Positions 28,218 to 39,403 are shown, counted from the stretch's first letter. The stretch is DNA of 64,000 bases from an uncultured Gammaproteobacteria bacterium (GCA_964448725.1 CAYVAJ010000001.1:7525-71524); one strand, 5' to 3'. Program-made: numbers and translations. The notes: a model not told the origin generated them from the sequence alone.

Positions 28218-28646
28218 ATGAAACAGCAAGTAATAACAATACATTCTGATGGCGGTGCACGTGGAAATCCAGGCCCTGCAGCATACGGATTTGTTTTAAC
28301 AGACAGTGAAAAGAATATTATTTTTCAAGAAGGGAAATACATTGGTAATGCCACCAACAATGTCGCTGAATATACAGGTGTCCTAAAATCACTAGAATGG
28401 GTTGCAAAAAATATTACCGATCTTGCTTCACTTGAAATAATTCTTGATTCAGAACTTGTTGCGAGACAGATGACTGGAATTTATAAAGTGAAGAACGATC
28501 AGTTAAAAAAGTTTTATCATCAGATAAAACTATTAGAACAGCAGATTAATGTTCCTATTCGTTACACCTCAGTTCCACGCAGTCAAAATAAAGATGCAGA
28601 TAGACTCGTTAACCTTGCACTCGATACTCAAGCCAACTATTCCTAG
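28218..28646 (+). CDS. rnhA: Ribonuclease HI family protein
   Basis: DGGARGNPGP, TNNVAEY, DSELV, N..AD.L. Confidence 0.9.
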   Translation: MKQQVITIHSDGGARGNPGPAAYGFVLTDSEKNIIFQEGKYIGNATNNVAEYTGVLKSLEWVAKNITDLASLEIILDSELVARQMTGIYKVKNDQLKKFYHQIKLLEQQINVPIRYTSVPRSQNKDADRLVNLALDTQANYS

Positions 28647-28678
28647 ACGTTCCTTTGGTAATTCTTTACAATGGAAGT

Positions 28679-31339
28679 ATGTCTTCAATTTTTACTTCAA
28701 GCACATCAGAAAAAGAACAACCGCTTATGCTGGTATCAGGAAGTTTGCCCTATATTACCGATCCATTTATCGAGTCAGTTTTAAATACATTTAAGCTCAT
28801 TATTTTACATAATCCTCATCATTACCCAAAAAATGAGACTATCTTCCAAGTTTATAATACAGCAGTTGATACAATTAATGATTTAAAAGATCCAATTGAG
28901 TATTCTGTGTTTTTTCTATCAGGCCATGAAGATAAACAATTGCTCGAAAAATTAATTCCTAAGTTAGAACGGGATAAACCGCAAACAGTAGTAATAATAC
29001 CTGTAACAAAAGTTAATCAGTTTTCAGATGTATTATTGGCACTCAAACATATTTCCTCAGTATCGTTTGCTATTGTTGGAGAGATTTTTGGAAAAAATAT
29101 TCCTTCTGAATCTTCTCGATCATCTCATATTATCCATACTGCACTTACACAAAAAAGAGCAGAGTTTACCGGAAATGACTTGGTCTCAATATATCCAATA
29201 AGTGAAGATGATGTTCTCAAAGGAGTACAGCATATTCTATTTTCAAATATTGTACGAAAGCGTGTGTTCTTTTTATTTTATGAACACCCACAGACTATTA
29301 TATCGACCATCCATTTATTAAAAAAAGCTGAGCCAGACTTACAAATTCTCTATGATCAACAAGCACCTTACTTTCCTGAATTACCAAAACATACAGAACT
29401 TGAAAAACAGATTCTCTCAAAATTTCATCTTTCCGTATCATATATAGATGAAATATTAGACGGATTTGAGAAAAGTGTAAAACAAACAATATATTCATCT
29501 GTACGAAAAGAACTTAAGAGGAAGCGGAAACCATCTCTTACAAAAAAACTCGTTCACAAAAAGCCTCTAACAAAATCGTTGTTTACAATTATGACTATTT
29601 CATTGTTATTGTTTATTATCATAAATGTGCTACTCACATTAAGCGGGGTATTGTTAGCAAAACAATCATTGCAATCACTACAAAATGGTAACTTTTCCAA
29701 AGCTCATACTCAACTATCATATGCAAATAAATGCTTTACCATCTCCCAACCTGTTATAAGCCTGGGATTTACTATAGCACGTCAATTTCATCTTCCTGCT
29801 ATTGAGAGTAGTTACGCAACTTTTACTTCAGGTATGCAGTTAAGTAGGCTTGCCTCTTCAGAACTCGCAAAAATCAATAAAATCCAGTCTGGATTAAAGG
29901 AAGAAGAACTACTGGAAACGCTAGCTACAGCATCCTATCTCTATTTTGCCGCACAATCTTCTCCCACCTTTGCACGTATACCATACGTGAATGAGCTTGC
30001 GAATAATGCAAGTGGTAATATTCTCGCAACCAGTTCAGTACTCCCGGAGATTCTCGGATATACAAAAGAGAAGCGATATTTATTGCTATTTCAAAATAGC
30101 GGAGAGATAAGACCAACAGGAGGATTTATTGGATCAGTCGGTGAATTAACAATAGAAAAAGGTAAAACGACATCATTTACAATTCAGGATGTATACGATA
30201 TAGACGGTCAACTACAAAATCACGTAGAGCCTCCATTTATAGTACGCAGATATCTCCAACCTCACCTTTACTTGCGTGACAGTAATTTTGCACTTGATTT
30301 CCAAGAAGCAGCAACAACCGCTGCATCGTTATACCAGCAAGCAGGAAATAAAACAGTTGACGGAGTAATTGGTATTGACTATGAAGTCCTACGGCAAATC
30401 ATTACCGAAGTGGGACCTCTCTATCTCCCTTCATACGATAAAACCATTGACGCAGAGAATAGTTTCTCTTTTATTCATTCCACTATTGAAGACACCTTCT
30501 TTCCGGGATCATCTCAAAAGAGAAGCATTTTACAAGAAGTTTTTGGTCAAATTACAATCAAGTTACAAGATCCCAAAAACGCTCTTGCAGTTTCCAAATT
30601 ATTTCCTACACTGGTTGAAGAAAAACATATATTATTTGCATTTAAAGATCCTTTTATCCAAGAGATATTTACTATGCAACGATTTGCAGGAAGTACTGAA
30701 AAATTACCAAGTAATTCTTCGAACAAAGTATCAGAGTATTTTGCTGTCAACGAGGCAAATATCGGTGTAAATAAAGCTAATACACATATTTCCCGTAGTG
30801 TATCTCTTACTCAAAAAATAAGTCAACAAAAGATTGCTTCAGAAGCACATATTACATTTAAAAATACCGGTAGAGAAGAGTATAAAGTATTTTTACGAGT
30901 TGTAGTTCCGCAGGGGAGCACCTTTGAAAAGCTTGAAATAAACGGCAAAGAAGAAGAGACGATACCCGCAATTACTAATCCTCGTATCTATGAATCATCA
31001 ACATTTAAGCTTCCTGCAGAAACTGAGATTATAGAAGAAAATTACCATGACAAGAAAACATTTGGATTTGTCACAACTGTATCTGGAAACACAAATAAAT
31101 CGGTTACTTTATTTTATTCACATGCACAAAAAATTCCACTAAATCCATTTACCTATAATCTTTTTTATCAAACACAACCAGGAACAACAGGCTATCCATT
31201 TACCGCAACAGTTCAATATCCTACAACATTAATACCGCAAGAAGTAAACATGGGATCAGCTACCAATAGACAGATAGTTGTACAGATACCAAGTATTAAA
31301 AAAGATCATAAAATAACAGCAGAATTTCTCTACCGTTAA
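28679..31339 (+). CDS. DUF4012-domain membrane protein
   Basis: LLLFQNSGEIRPTGGFIGS, LRDSNF, NEANIGVNKAN, QTQPG; start refined (TACAAT-6-ATG). Confidence 0.8.
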   Translation: MSSIFTSSTSEKEQPLMLVSGSLPYITDPFIESVLNTFKLIILHNPHHYPKNETIFQVYNTAVDTINDLKDPIEYSVFFLSGHEDKQLLEKLIPKLERDKPQTVVIIPVTKVNQFSDVLLALKHISSVSFAIVGEIFGKNIPSESSRSSHIIHTALTQKRAEFTGNDLVSIYPISEDDVLKGVQHILFSNIVRKRVFFLFYEHPQTIISTIHLLKKAEPDLQILYDQQAPYFPELPKHTELEKQILSKFHLSVSYIDEILDGFEKSVKQTIYSSVRKELKRKRKPSLTKKLVHKKPLTKSLFTIMTISLLLFIIINVLLTLSGVLLAKQSLQSLQNGNFSKAHTQLSYANKCFTISQPVISLGFTIARQFHLPAIESSYATFTSGMQLSRLASSELAKINKIQSGLKEEELLETLATASYLYFAAQSSPTFARIPYVNELANNASGNILATSSVLPEILGYTKEKRYLLLFQNSGEIRPTGGFIGSVGELTIEKGKTTSFTIQDVYDIDGQLQNHVEPPFIVRRYLQPHLYLRDSNFALDFQEAATTAASLYQQAGNKTVDGVIGIDYEVLRQIITEVGPLYLPSYDKTIDAENSFSFIHSTIEDTFFPGSSQKRSILQEVFGQITIKLQDPKNALAVSKLFPTLVEEKHILFAFKDPFIQEIFTMQRFAGSTEKLPSNSSNKVSEYFAVNEANIGVNKANTHISRSVSLTQKISQQKIASEAHITFKNTGREEYKVFLRVVVPQGSTFEKLEINGKEEETIPAITNPRIYESSTFKLPAETEIIEENYHDKKTFGFVTTVSGNTNKSVTLFYSHAQKIPLNPFTYNLFYQTQPGTTGYPFTATVQYPTTLIPQEVNMGSATNRQIVVQIPSIKKDHKITAEFLYR

Positions 31340-32340
31340 TCAACTACAAGAATACTAAATACATACCCCTGTTCGTTTAGCTCTACAGCTCCAATACCTA
31401 TCCGTGAATATTGTGCTGAGAGAAGTTGTTGATAATACACAGGTATCTGCTGTACACCATGAAAAGCAATTCCAGCATTTTGTGCATATATGGGGATGAA
31501 ATATGCTGTTTTATACTGAATTCGACTTTGAGCAAGTAAATCGAAAGGAGTAGACCCATTAACTTCTTCACGTGAGAGTATCTGATTTGCACTTATTCCT
31601 TGTGCAAGGGTTCCCGCAACAAATGTGATATCTTTATCAATGCTTAGTGGTAATACATTCTTCTTTTGTCTTTCAGTATTAATATGTTCAAATAGAGCTG
31701 TTGCCTCAGTTTGTATGAGTATAAGAGACCCATGAGATTGAATTGGAGCTTCTTCTGTGTGTGTAGGATCAGGAACAAGAAAATTAAAGAGAGAAAATAG
31801 TGGTCTACCCAATATACGATTCTGTGTACTCTCGACAGACTGCAGACCAATTACCAGACCATTTACTACTATACTCCTGCTAATGGAGTTCTTAATAAAT
31901 TCGGTTACTGGCAATGAAAGAAAAACAGTTGCCACGCAAGTTACAATAATAATAAACGTTCCAGTTCCAGCGAGTAAAGTTCCTGGCCAGATTCTCAGTT
32001 GCAATAATTCTTGCTGAACATTCAGTAAAATAAGACGATAACAGATAAAGGCAATACCCGTAAGAAGAAACGCTAAGACCAAGAATCCTAACCCATCAGC
32101 GAGCCCTTTTGAAAACGATAGATATAATTGTAAAAACGATGCAATATGTTTATAGAGCATGAGAGAGAACATTGCCACTAATCCTGTAAGAAGGAATGTT
32201 AACAATGATCGGACAAAATACCGCTGTCGCTCAGATATTACAAATATACAAAGACAAGCGAAAAAAAGTAGATCAAGAAGAGTAAAGGGGAATAGTTCTA
32301 GTATTTTTTGTAAAAACAAAAGGTAATTCGAGAAGGTCAT
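31336..32340 (-). CDS. CvpA-like TM domain fused to a degenerate CAP (SCP) domain
   Basis: Four TM helices, then 'LFEHINTERQKKNVLPL...LLSAQYSRIGIG'; CAP histidines missing. Confidence 0.6.
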   Translation of the reverse strand: MTFSNYLLFLQKILELFPFTLLDLLFFACLCIFVISERQRYFVRSLLTFLLTGLVAMFSLMLYKHIASFLQLYLSFSKGLADGLGFLVLAFLLTGIAFICYRLILLNVQQELLQLRIWPGTLLAGTGTFIIIVTCVATVFLSLPVTEFIKNSISRSIVVNGLVIGLQSVESTQNRILGRPLFSLFNFLVPDPTHTEEAPIQSHGSLILIQTEATALFEHINTERQKKNVLPLSIDKDITFVAGTLAQGISANQILSREEVNGSTPFDLLAQSRIQYKTAYFIPIYAQNAGIAFHGVQQIPVYYQQLLSAQYSRIGIGAVELNEQGYVFSILVVD

Positions 32341-32394
32341 AAGTTTATGATATAATAATTTGTGTCTCTCGCATAGAGAGAAGAGAAAACCCCC

Positions 32395-34593
32395 ATGTTA
32401 GGCAAATTTATCCATCATCGTCATAAAATGCCAAAAATTCTCAAAAAGCTGTTTCGAGGTAAAAAATTAATAGTAATTATAATACTCCTCTTTTTATTCG
32501 TTAGTACAGTATCAGCTTCATATTTTTTTGTATTAAAAGACATTCCTTCAGCTGCAAAAATCGCACAGAATAATTTTCCACAATCAACCAAAATTTATGA
32601 CAGAAATGGAGTACTTCTTTACACTATCTACAGTACCCGTAACCAATCTTTTGTACCTCTCGAACGGATTCCGAAACCTATTCAACAAGCCACAATTGCA
32701 ACAGAAGATAAAGATTTTTATAAACATGGCGCGATTGATCTTCGAGGTATTGCCCGTGCTTTTTACTCAACAGTCTTTAAAAAAGAGATCCAAGGAGGAT
32801 CAACAATTACACAGCAATTAGTAAAAAATTCTCTGCTGAGCCCTGAACAAACAATTACACGCAAAGTAAAAGAAATTATCCTCTCCTTTGTAGTAGAAGG
32901 ACTGTATTCAAAGGATCAAATACTTGAGATGTATCTTAATCAAGTTGCCTATGGAGGCACAGCATGGGGAGTACAGTCAGCAAGTTACGTGTATTTCAAT
33001 AAACCAGTCTGGGATTTAAATCTTGCAGAAGGAGTGTTTTTAGCCGGACTTCCAGAAGCACCAAGTATTTACTCTCCTTTTGGTCCTAACCCTGAACGAG
33101 GAGAACAACGTAAGGCAGAAGTATTGCGTCTTATGCGTGAACAAGGATATATAACAGAGCAACAAGAAAAACAAGCAAAAGAGACAAAACTCACTTTTTC
33201 TGAGCACGTTGATACGATTGAAGCACCCCATTTTGTCATGTATGTAAAGGATTTGCTCGTTAAAAAGTATGGTCTCCGGCAAGTAGAACAGGGTGGATTA
33301 CAAGTGAGAACTTCTCTTGATCTCAGTATCCAAAACTTTGCCCAACAAACTGTTGCTTCTGAAGTTGCAAAGCTTGAGGGCAGTAATGTCACTAATGGGG
33401 CATCACTTGTGACCAACCCTCAAACCGGCGAAATTTTAGCGATGGTTGGAAGTCGGAATTACTTTGATGCAGAAAATGATGGCAATGTAAATGTCACACT
33501 TGCAAAAAGACAACCTGGATCATCGATTAAACCAATTAATTACGCTACAGGACTCATTAAAGGGTATACTGCAGCAACTCCTATAATTGATGAGAAAAAA
33601 TGTTTTCCAAATCCAAGTGGAAAAGCATATTGTCCTGTGAATTATGACGGATCGTTCCATGGAGTAACCAATATGCGTTCAGCATTGGCAAATTCCTACA
33701 ATATTCCGGCAGTTAAAATGCTCCAAATGAATGGACTTGATGCAATGATTGCCACTGCATCTGCAATGGGCATCAATTCGTTCCAAAACCCTGAACGATA
33801 TGGCCTTTCACTTACGCTTGGTGGAGGAGAGGTAACAATGTTGGAAATGTCAGAAGCTTTTGGAGTATTTGCAAATGGTGGATATAAAATACCGCTTCAG
33901 CCAATCTTGAAAGTCACTGACAGAAATGGCAAAGCTTTAGAAGAGTATACCCCTCCTAAAAGTCCTATATTTGGAGAGAAAGTAATTCCTGAAGGAGTTG
34001 CATTTATTATTTCTCATATTCTGCAAGACAATAACGCAAGAACCCCTGCTTTCGGTTCTAACTCACTTCTACGTATTAAAGATTATCCTGTCTCCGTAAA
34101 AACTGGCACTACAAATGATTATAGAGATAACTGGACAGTAGGGTACACACCTTCTTATGTTGTAACAGTGTGGGTGGGTAATAACAATAACACACCTATG
34201 AGAGGAGTAACTTCGGGAGTTACAGGGGCTGCCCCGATCTGGAATAAAATCATGAGTGAGTTATTAGAAAACACAAAAAAAGAACCTCTTCAACAACCTC
34301 AGAATGTCGTGGGAAGAGAAGTATGTTCATCATCAGGACTCTTACCTCCTCCTGAAGGAACTCCCGATAGGTGTCCTACACACTTTGAATATTTCCTTAA
34401 AGATAATGTTCCAACAAGAACAGATCCAGGACGTACCAAAGTATTTATCAATCAAGAAACTGGCGGTCTTGCAGAAGAAGGACAGACAGAAAACATTGAG
34501 GAAAAAGATGAAATAGTTATAACCGATGAAACTGGGGATCGATACTGCGTTACCTGTCCACACCCACAAGCATCACCAACTCCAACACCTTAA
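32395..34593 (+). CDS. Class A penicillin-binding protein (PBP1A family)
   Basis: EDKDFYKH, QGGSTITQQLVKN, RKVKE; transpeptidase SSIK, SYN, KTG. Confidence 0.93.
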   Translation: MLGKFIHHRHKMPKILKKLFRGKKLIVIIILLFLFVSTVSASYFFVLKDIPSAAKIAQNNFPQSTKIYDRNGVLLYTIYSTRNQSFVPLERIPKPIQQATIATEDKDFYKHGAIDLRGIARAFYSTVFKKEIQGGSTITQQLVKNSLLSPEQTITRKVKEIILSFVVEGLYSKDQILEMYLNQVAYGGTAWGVQSASYVYFNKPVWDLNLAEGVFLAGLPEAPSIYSPFGPNPERGEQRKAEVLRLMREQGYITEQQEKQAKETKLTFSEHVDTIEAPHFVMYVKDLLVKKYGLRQVEQGGLQVRTSLDLSIQNFAQQTVASEVAKLEGSNVTNGASLVTNPQTGEILAMVGSRNYFDAENDGNVNVTLAKRQPGSSIKPINYATGLIKGYTAATPIIDEKKCFPNPSGKAYCPVNYDGSFHGVTNMRSALANSYNIPAVKMLQMNGLDAMIATASAMGINSFQNPERYGLSLTLGGGEVTMLEMSEAFGVFANGGYKIPLQPILKVTDRNGKALEEYTPPKSPIFGEKVIPEGVAFIISHILQDNNARTPAFGSNSLLRIKDYPVSVKTGTTNDYRDNWTVGYTPSYVVTVWVGNNNNTPMRGVTSGVTGAAPIWNKIMSELLENTKKEPLQQPQNVVGREVCSSSGLLPPPEGTPDRCPTHFEYFLKDNVPTRTDPGRTKVFINQETGGLAEEGQTENIEEKDEIVITDETGDRYCVTCPHPQASPTPTP

Positions 34594-35864
34594 GCTTTTG
34601 TATATCGAGAAATCCACAAAAATCCGGTTATTACCGCAGTCATTAACATTCCTTGTTGCAAAGTCAAGAAAAAATGATCTGCCACTCCTATCAATAGAAT
34701 ACTTATAAAGATGGCTCCAGTTACTGAGAAAAATGCATTTTTCTCAGGCTTACTATTCCAAATAGCTATAACGCGCTGTACTGTCTTTACTAAGAAGATA
34801 CTCACTGGTATTGCTCCTAGAATACCTACTTGCAACAATACCAAAAGATAAATATTGTGAACAGGTTGTAGGAGGACAGGAGTAATCTCTGTTTGATACT
34901 CAAGCATAAAGGGGAAATAATTTAATAATCCAACACCGAAAATCATGTGTGATTGAATGATTGTAAGTGCGATAGTTGCAAGATCTATACGAGAAGTAAA
35001 ATCAGTTGATAGGAATGATTCAGGAGCAAAACGCTGTGCCAAAAATGCAATACACATAAGACTTCCAAACACAATTATCCCTCCTGTTCTTGAGGAAATA
35101 GTGCGTGAATAGACTAACCATACCAAAGTAAGAATAAAAATAAGAATAGTAAGTCGTGAGAATGTTAAAAATAAACAGATAACCGCAAGCACAGTAGCAA
35201 TTATAATCCATGATTTTTTCCATCCTTTTGACAGCATTTTGCTATAGACAATAAGCAATAATGATGCACTAAACATAAAAAAGGCGAGAACATTTGGATG
35301 AGGGAAACTACCATAAGCACGAAGAATTTCCTTCCCATACAAACTAACCGTTGATATTCCAATCGTAGCAGGAGAAAATGTACGTTCTCCAATGAAATAC
35401 CACAGTCCTCCTACTGATGATTGAGTAAAAAACTGCCAAAAAACTAATATGCTTTGTATAAAAACAGCTACTGAGAATACTTGGGCAATAGCAGGAAAAT
35501 CTTTTTTAGAGAAAAGCTGGGTTATGATATACCCTAAAAAAATCATCTCCACAAGCTTAACAACACCGTAGAAAGCAACCACAGGAACTGGCGCAAGCAG
35601 CAGAGAGACTATAAGTACAAGAAAGCCAAACACCACTCGTTCTGACAGAAAAAAACCTCGTTTTCTAAATGATCTGAAAAGAGAAGGAATAGAGATTATA
35701 AAAAGTAGACCAATAAGGATATCAGTTATATAAAGAGTTGGAGATAAATAATCCACGCGAATTCCAGACACATATGAAAAATCAAACCAGAAATGCTTTC
35801 CAAACTGAGAGATAATAAAAAAAAGAATACTAAAAAGGAGCGTGCGTTGAACAAGTAGTGTCAC
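34590..35864 (-). CDS. O-antigen ligase family membrane protein
   Basis: RAYGSFPHPN, LTFSR, PVHNIYL; many TM helices. Confidence 0.85.
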   Translation of the reverse strand: MTLLVQRTLLFSILFFIISQFGKHFWFDFSYVSGIRVDYLSPTLYITDILIGLLFIISIPSLFRSFRKRGFFLSERVVFGFLVLIVSLLLAPVPVVAFYGVVKLVEMIFLGYIITQLFSKKDFPAIAQVFSVAVFIQSILVFWQFFTQSSVGGLWYFIGERTFSPATIGISTVSLYGKEILRAYGSFPHPNVLAFFMFSASLLLIVYSKMLSKGWKKSWIIIATVLAVICLFLTFSRLTILIFILTLVWLVYSRTISSRTGGIIVFGSLMCIAFLAQRFAPESFLSTDFTSRIDLATIALTIIQSHMIFGVGLLNYFPFMLEYQTEITPVLLQPVHNIYLLVLLQVGILGAIPVSIFLVKTVQRVIAIWNSKPEKNAFFSVTGAIFISILLIGVADHFFLTLQQGMLMTAVITGFLWISRYTKA

Positions 35865-36307
35865 TTCTTTTTGATAACTAAAACTCTTTCACGATCTTCA
35901 CCTGATGATTCTGTGGTTACTTCTGAATCTTCAACAAGCATCATATGAATTAAGCGTCTCTCCCATGGTTTCAGTCCTCGAATTGTTTTTTCAACACCTG
36001 TCGCAACTACTTCATCTTTTAATCTTTGTGCAAGATCAGAAAGATATGCTTCTCGTTCTTCTCGATATCCACCAACCTCAACAATCACTCTTTTATATTC
36101 TTCTTGTTTTGCTGCAACTATCTGACCAAGTAAATACTCAAGTGAAGAAAGAGTGTTTCCATGCTTTCCAATAAGAAGTGCATTTTCCTGTGTATCAAGT
36201 GCAACATGATACCCATTCTCATCTTCAGAGACAGAGACTGTTGCCTCAACACCTATTTTTTTCAAAAGGTCGTCGGTAATTTGCTGTACAAGTGTGTTAT
36301 TTTCCAT
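35861..36307 (-). CDS. jag: Jag/KhpB (KH + R3H) RNA-binding protein
   Basis: LIGKHGNTL (KH), ERRLIH (R3H). Confidence 0.88.
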   Translation of the reverse strand: MENNTLVQQITDDLLKKIGVEATVSVSEDENGYHVALDTQENALLIGKHGNTLSSLEYLLGQIVAAKQEEYKRVIVEVGGYREEREAYLSDLAQRLKDEVVATGVEKTIRGLKPWERRLIHMMLVEDSEVTTESSGEDRERVLVIKKK

Positions 36308-37094
36308 GGTTTTTTATTTTCTGGATCCAAGGAGTAAGTCCTCCGAATCCTACTAAAAGATATTGCTGCAGTATACCAAAAATTGTGAATGTATTCCAGT
36401 AGAGAGTAAGACCGAATGGAAGAGAATAAGAAAACCACCCAATCATAAGCGGAAAAATAAACATTGATTGTGTCTGAATTGCAGTTTGAAAATCATCTTT
36501 CTTTTTCTTAACAGTTGTTGCAGGCATCATCATTTTTGATAGGAAAAACTGTAATATACCTGTTACAAGTGGGGCAAGAATAATAAGAGGTGTTGATTCT
36601 AATAATGCTGCAGGACTTTCTGCAAGGGAAATTCCAAAAAAGGTTGGGTCCCATGCTTTATCAATATGCAAAAATGAAAAATACAATGTATCATTCACCT
36701 TAGCAATTGCATCAGCAGAATTTAGTGATACAACTTGGGTTAAACTATGATACAGAGCAATCATAATAGGAAATTGGATCAATACCGGTAAACAGCCTGA
36801 AGCAGGGTTTATATTATTCTCTTTATACAATCTCATCATTTCCTGCTGCTGACGAGTTCTGTCATTCTTATATTTCTCCTTTATATCACTCAACTGTGGT
36901 GCTACATCCTGCATTTTCTTTGATGATCGAATTTGTGCTGACATGAGCGGAAAGAGCAGTATTCTGATAAATGCAGTCATCAATATTACCGCGAAACCAA
37001 CGGCGTACGGAACGTGGAGAAAAACCATTAATTGGTAGAAAGCGACTAAAATGTTCGTTAGCGGAATAGTAAAAAGCGTATTGAATAATTCCAT
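36297..37094 (-). CDS. yidC: Membrane protein insertase YidC
   Basis: NPASGCLPVLIQFP, GLTLYW; operon context. Confidence 0.93.
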   Translation of the reverse strand: MELFNTLFTIPLTNILVAFYQLMVFLHVPYAVGFAVILMTAFIRILLFPLMSAQIRSSKKMQDVAPQLSDIKEKYKNDRTRQQQEMMRLYKENNINPASGCLPVLIQFPIMIALYHSLTQVVSLNSADAIAKVNDTLYFSFLHIDKAWDPTFFGISLAESPAALLESTPLIILAPLVTGILQFFLSKMMMPATTVKKKKDDFQTAIQTQSMFIFPLMIGWFSYSLPFGLTLYWNTFTIFGILQQYLLVGFGGLTPWIQKIKNHGK

Positions 37095-37101
37095 AACAAT
37101 G

Positions 37102-37419
37102 TTACATTATACCTTCTTTTTTAAAGATTTGCTCGATGTGATGACGTAATTCATTAGAGCCTACATCTATACTTTTTTTGCGAATATAGAACACTAGTGA
37201 ATACGGTAATGGAGTTTTTTTTACTATGTCTCCTAGTATTGATCTATATAGACGCTTTATACGATTACGATCTACAGCAAGGGAAGCAACTTTTTTACTT
37301 ATCACAAAACCACAGCTAAAATCTTGTGTTTTCTCAAATCTCAATACAAAATAAGGAGATTGAATTGAGTTACGAGGAACACCATTTCTAAATGAGTATC
37401 TATGCTGTTTAGTGAGCAT
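37102..37419 (-). CDS. rnpA: Ribonuclease P protein component
   Basis: GFVISKKV..AVDRNRIKR (RNR motif). Confidence 0.9.
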   Translation of the reverse strand: MLTKQHRYSFRNGVPRNSIQSPYFVLRFEKTQDFSCGFVISKKVASLAVDRNRIKRLYRSILGDIVKKTPLPYSLVFYIRKKSIDVGSNELRHHIEQIFKKEGIM

Positions 37420-37550
37420 TATACGGAGTGTCGGCCTTTTGCACGCTGTTTCTTGATAACTTTTCGTCCTGCTGCTGATGCACTTCGTACAAGAAAGCCA
37501 TGTTTTTTAAGCCCTTTCTTTTTATTATTTTTTGTCATTCGTTCTGACAT
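37419..37550 (-). CDS. rpmH: 50S ribosomal protein L34 (below the ORF-track cutoff)
   Basis: Manual translation MSERMTKNNKKKGLKKHGFLVRSASAAGRKVIKKQRAKGRHSV; TAATG coupling to rnpA. Confidence 0.9.
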   Translation of the reverse strand: MSERMTKNNKKKGLKKHGFLVRSASAAGRKVIKKQRAKGRHSV

Positions 37551-37586
37551 AAGCAAACACTATAATACCAAAAATCATACTGTATC

Positions 37587-38267
37587 TCAAGTAGCTATCT
37601 GCCTGCGCCTCCACAATAGTTGCAAAGTTTTTTCAACTGAAAGTGCTATCGCAATCCAACAAAACCCTGCGATAAACCCTGCCAGTACATCACTAACGTA
37701 ATGGACACCAAGATATACACGGCTTATACCGACAAGCAGAATAATACTGCAATTTATTACCACACTTACCAATGTAATCGTAATATTATGTGATACACGA
37801 TGCACATATAAAATAAGAGTAGAATAAAAGACAAAGGCATTCATTGCATGACCTGAAGGAAAACTATAAAGAGGCTCTACAATCAACGGAGACATATCAG
37901 GACGCGCTCTCCCAATGATATCTTTCAACACGAGGTTAAGAAACACTCCTGATATAAAAACAAGAATAACCATCAGTGCTTCTCTTTTACGCTTACGGAT
38001 GATAGAAATAAGAAGAATCGCTACAAGGAAAATCAACAACAATTCATTCCCTAGCGAAGTTATTGCAAGCATAAGAGTAGTTAGCATTGGTGTGCGCAAT
38101 TCATACACAACCATACTCATAAAGACATCTATCTGATGAATTGACGAAATATTTTTTGCAAGCATAAGGAACATAATAAACGAGAGAACACTCACACTAA
38201 TCCCTATCATAATTTCTGTTGCAGGCAATAGAGCAGTACGATATAGTGACTGTGTTTTCTTTTTCAT
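37587..38267 (-). CDS. PAP2 family phosphatase
   Basis: K....RARP, SFPSGH, SRVYLGVHY.SD; start refined (TACAAT-6-ATG). Confidence 0.9.
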   Translation of the reverse strand: MKKKTQSLYRTALLPATEIMIGISVSVLSFIMFLMLAKNISSIHQIDVFMSMVVYELRTPMLTTLMLAITSLGNELLLIFLVAILLISIIRKRKREALMVILVFISGVFLNLVLKDIIGRARPDMSPLIVEPLYSFPSGHAMNAFVFYSTLILYVHRVSHNITITLVSVVINCSIILLVGISRVYLGVHYVSDVLAGFIAGFCWIAIALSVEKTLQLLWRRRQIAT

Positions 38268-38332
38268 ATCTTTATTGTACATTGACACTCAAAAGGGTTG
38301 CAATTTAAGAAAAAGTATATTACCGTTAATGT

Positions 38333-39391
38333 ATGGTAAGAGTTGCAATTAACGGATATGGGCGTATTGGCAGAGTTGCACATCGAATTATTATTGAACG
38401 ATTTTCCCAAGACATAGAAGTAGTTGCCATAAATGCTGGTTCAAGTACAGATATTATGGGGTGGATGTATTTACTTAAATACGATTCTGTCTATGGCCCT
38501 CTTTCTAAAAACCTTTCTGCAAGAGAAGAAAATGAACCAGATACTGATATCATCGGATACCTTACCGTAGAGAACAAGGAAATTCCCGTATATTCTCAAA
38601 AAGACCCAACAAAACTTCCTTGGGGTGATTTTCATGTTGATGCGGTTATTGAGTCAACCGGTGCATTTACAAAAGCTGAAGATCTCCAAAAACATATAGC
38701 AGCAGGAGCTAAATCAGTTATTTTATCTGCCCCATTTAAAGATGACGGAGGTAACCCAACATATGTACTCGGAGTAAATTTATCAAAAGATGCAACACAA
38801 GTTGAAAATATTGTCAGCAATGCATCGTGTACAACCAACTGTATTGCGCCGGTTGCACAAATAATGCATGAAGCCTTTGGTATTGAAAAAGCAATGATGA
38901 CAACAATTCATGGATATACTTCTGATCAAAGAATTCAGGATGGTGGACATAGAGATTATCGCAGAGCTCGTGCTGCTGGTGAAAATATTATTCCAACCTC
39001 AACAGGAGCAACAAAGGCGGCAGCCCTTGCAATCCCAGATTTAAAAGGAATATTTAATGGACTTGCAATTCGAGTACCTGTACCTGTTGGTTCTCTTTCT
39101 GATTTTACGTTTTTAGTAAAAAAAGATACTACTACTGAGGAAGTCAATCAAACGCTTGAAAAAGCGGCATCAGACGCGCGATTTGATGGCATCTTTACGG
39201 TAACTCATGACCCGATTGTAAGTAGTGATATCATAGGTGATCCGCACTCATCTATTGCTGATCTTTCTCTGACTCAAGTCGTTGGTGGAAACATGGTCAA
39301 GGTAATTGCATGGTATGACAATGAATATGGATATGCTAATAGGCTTATTGAAGAAGTGTTGCTTATCGGCAAACTACACGCATCTGCATAA
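38333..39391 (+). CDS. gap: Glyceraldehyde-3-phosphate dehydrogenase type I
   Basis: INGYGRIGR, SNASCTTNC, WYDNE. Confidence 0.96.
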   Translation: MVRVAINGYGRIGRVAHRIIIERFSQDIEVVAINAGSSTDIMGWMYLLKYDSVYGPLSKNLSAREENEPDTDIIGYLTVENKEIPVYSQKDPTKLPWGDFHVDAVIESTGAFTKAEDLQKHIAAGAKSVILSAPFKDDGGNPTYVLGVNLSKDATQVENIVSNASCTTNCIAPVAQIMHEAFGIEKAMMTTIHGYTSDQRIQDGGHRDYRRARAAGENIIPTSTGATKAAALAIPDLKGIFNGLAIRVPVPVGSLSDFTFLVKKDTTTEEVNQTLEKAASDARFDGIFTVTHDPIVSSDIIGDPHSSIADLSLTQVVGGNMVKVIAWYDNEYGYANRLIEEVLLIGKLHASA

Positions 39392-39403
39392 TTGTCTCTC
39401 TTC

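Noticed and set aside
37551-38332. oriC next to rpmH
   Set aside because: No dnaA, and no cluster of TTATCCACA-like boxes seen by eye; the space is filled by a PAP2 gene.
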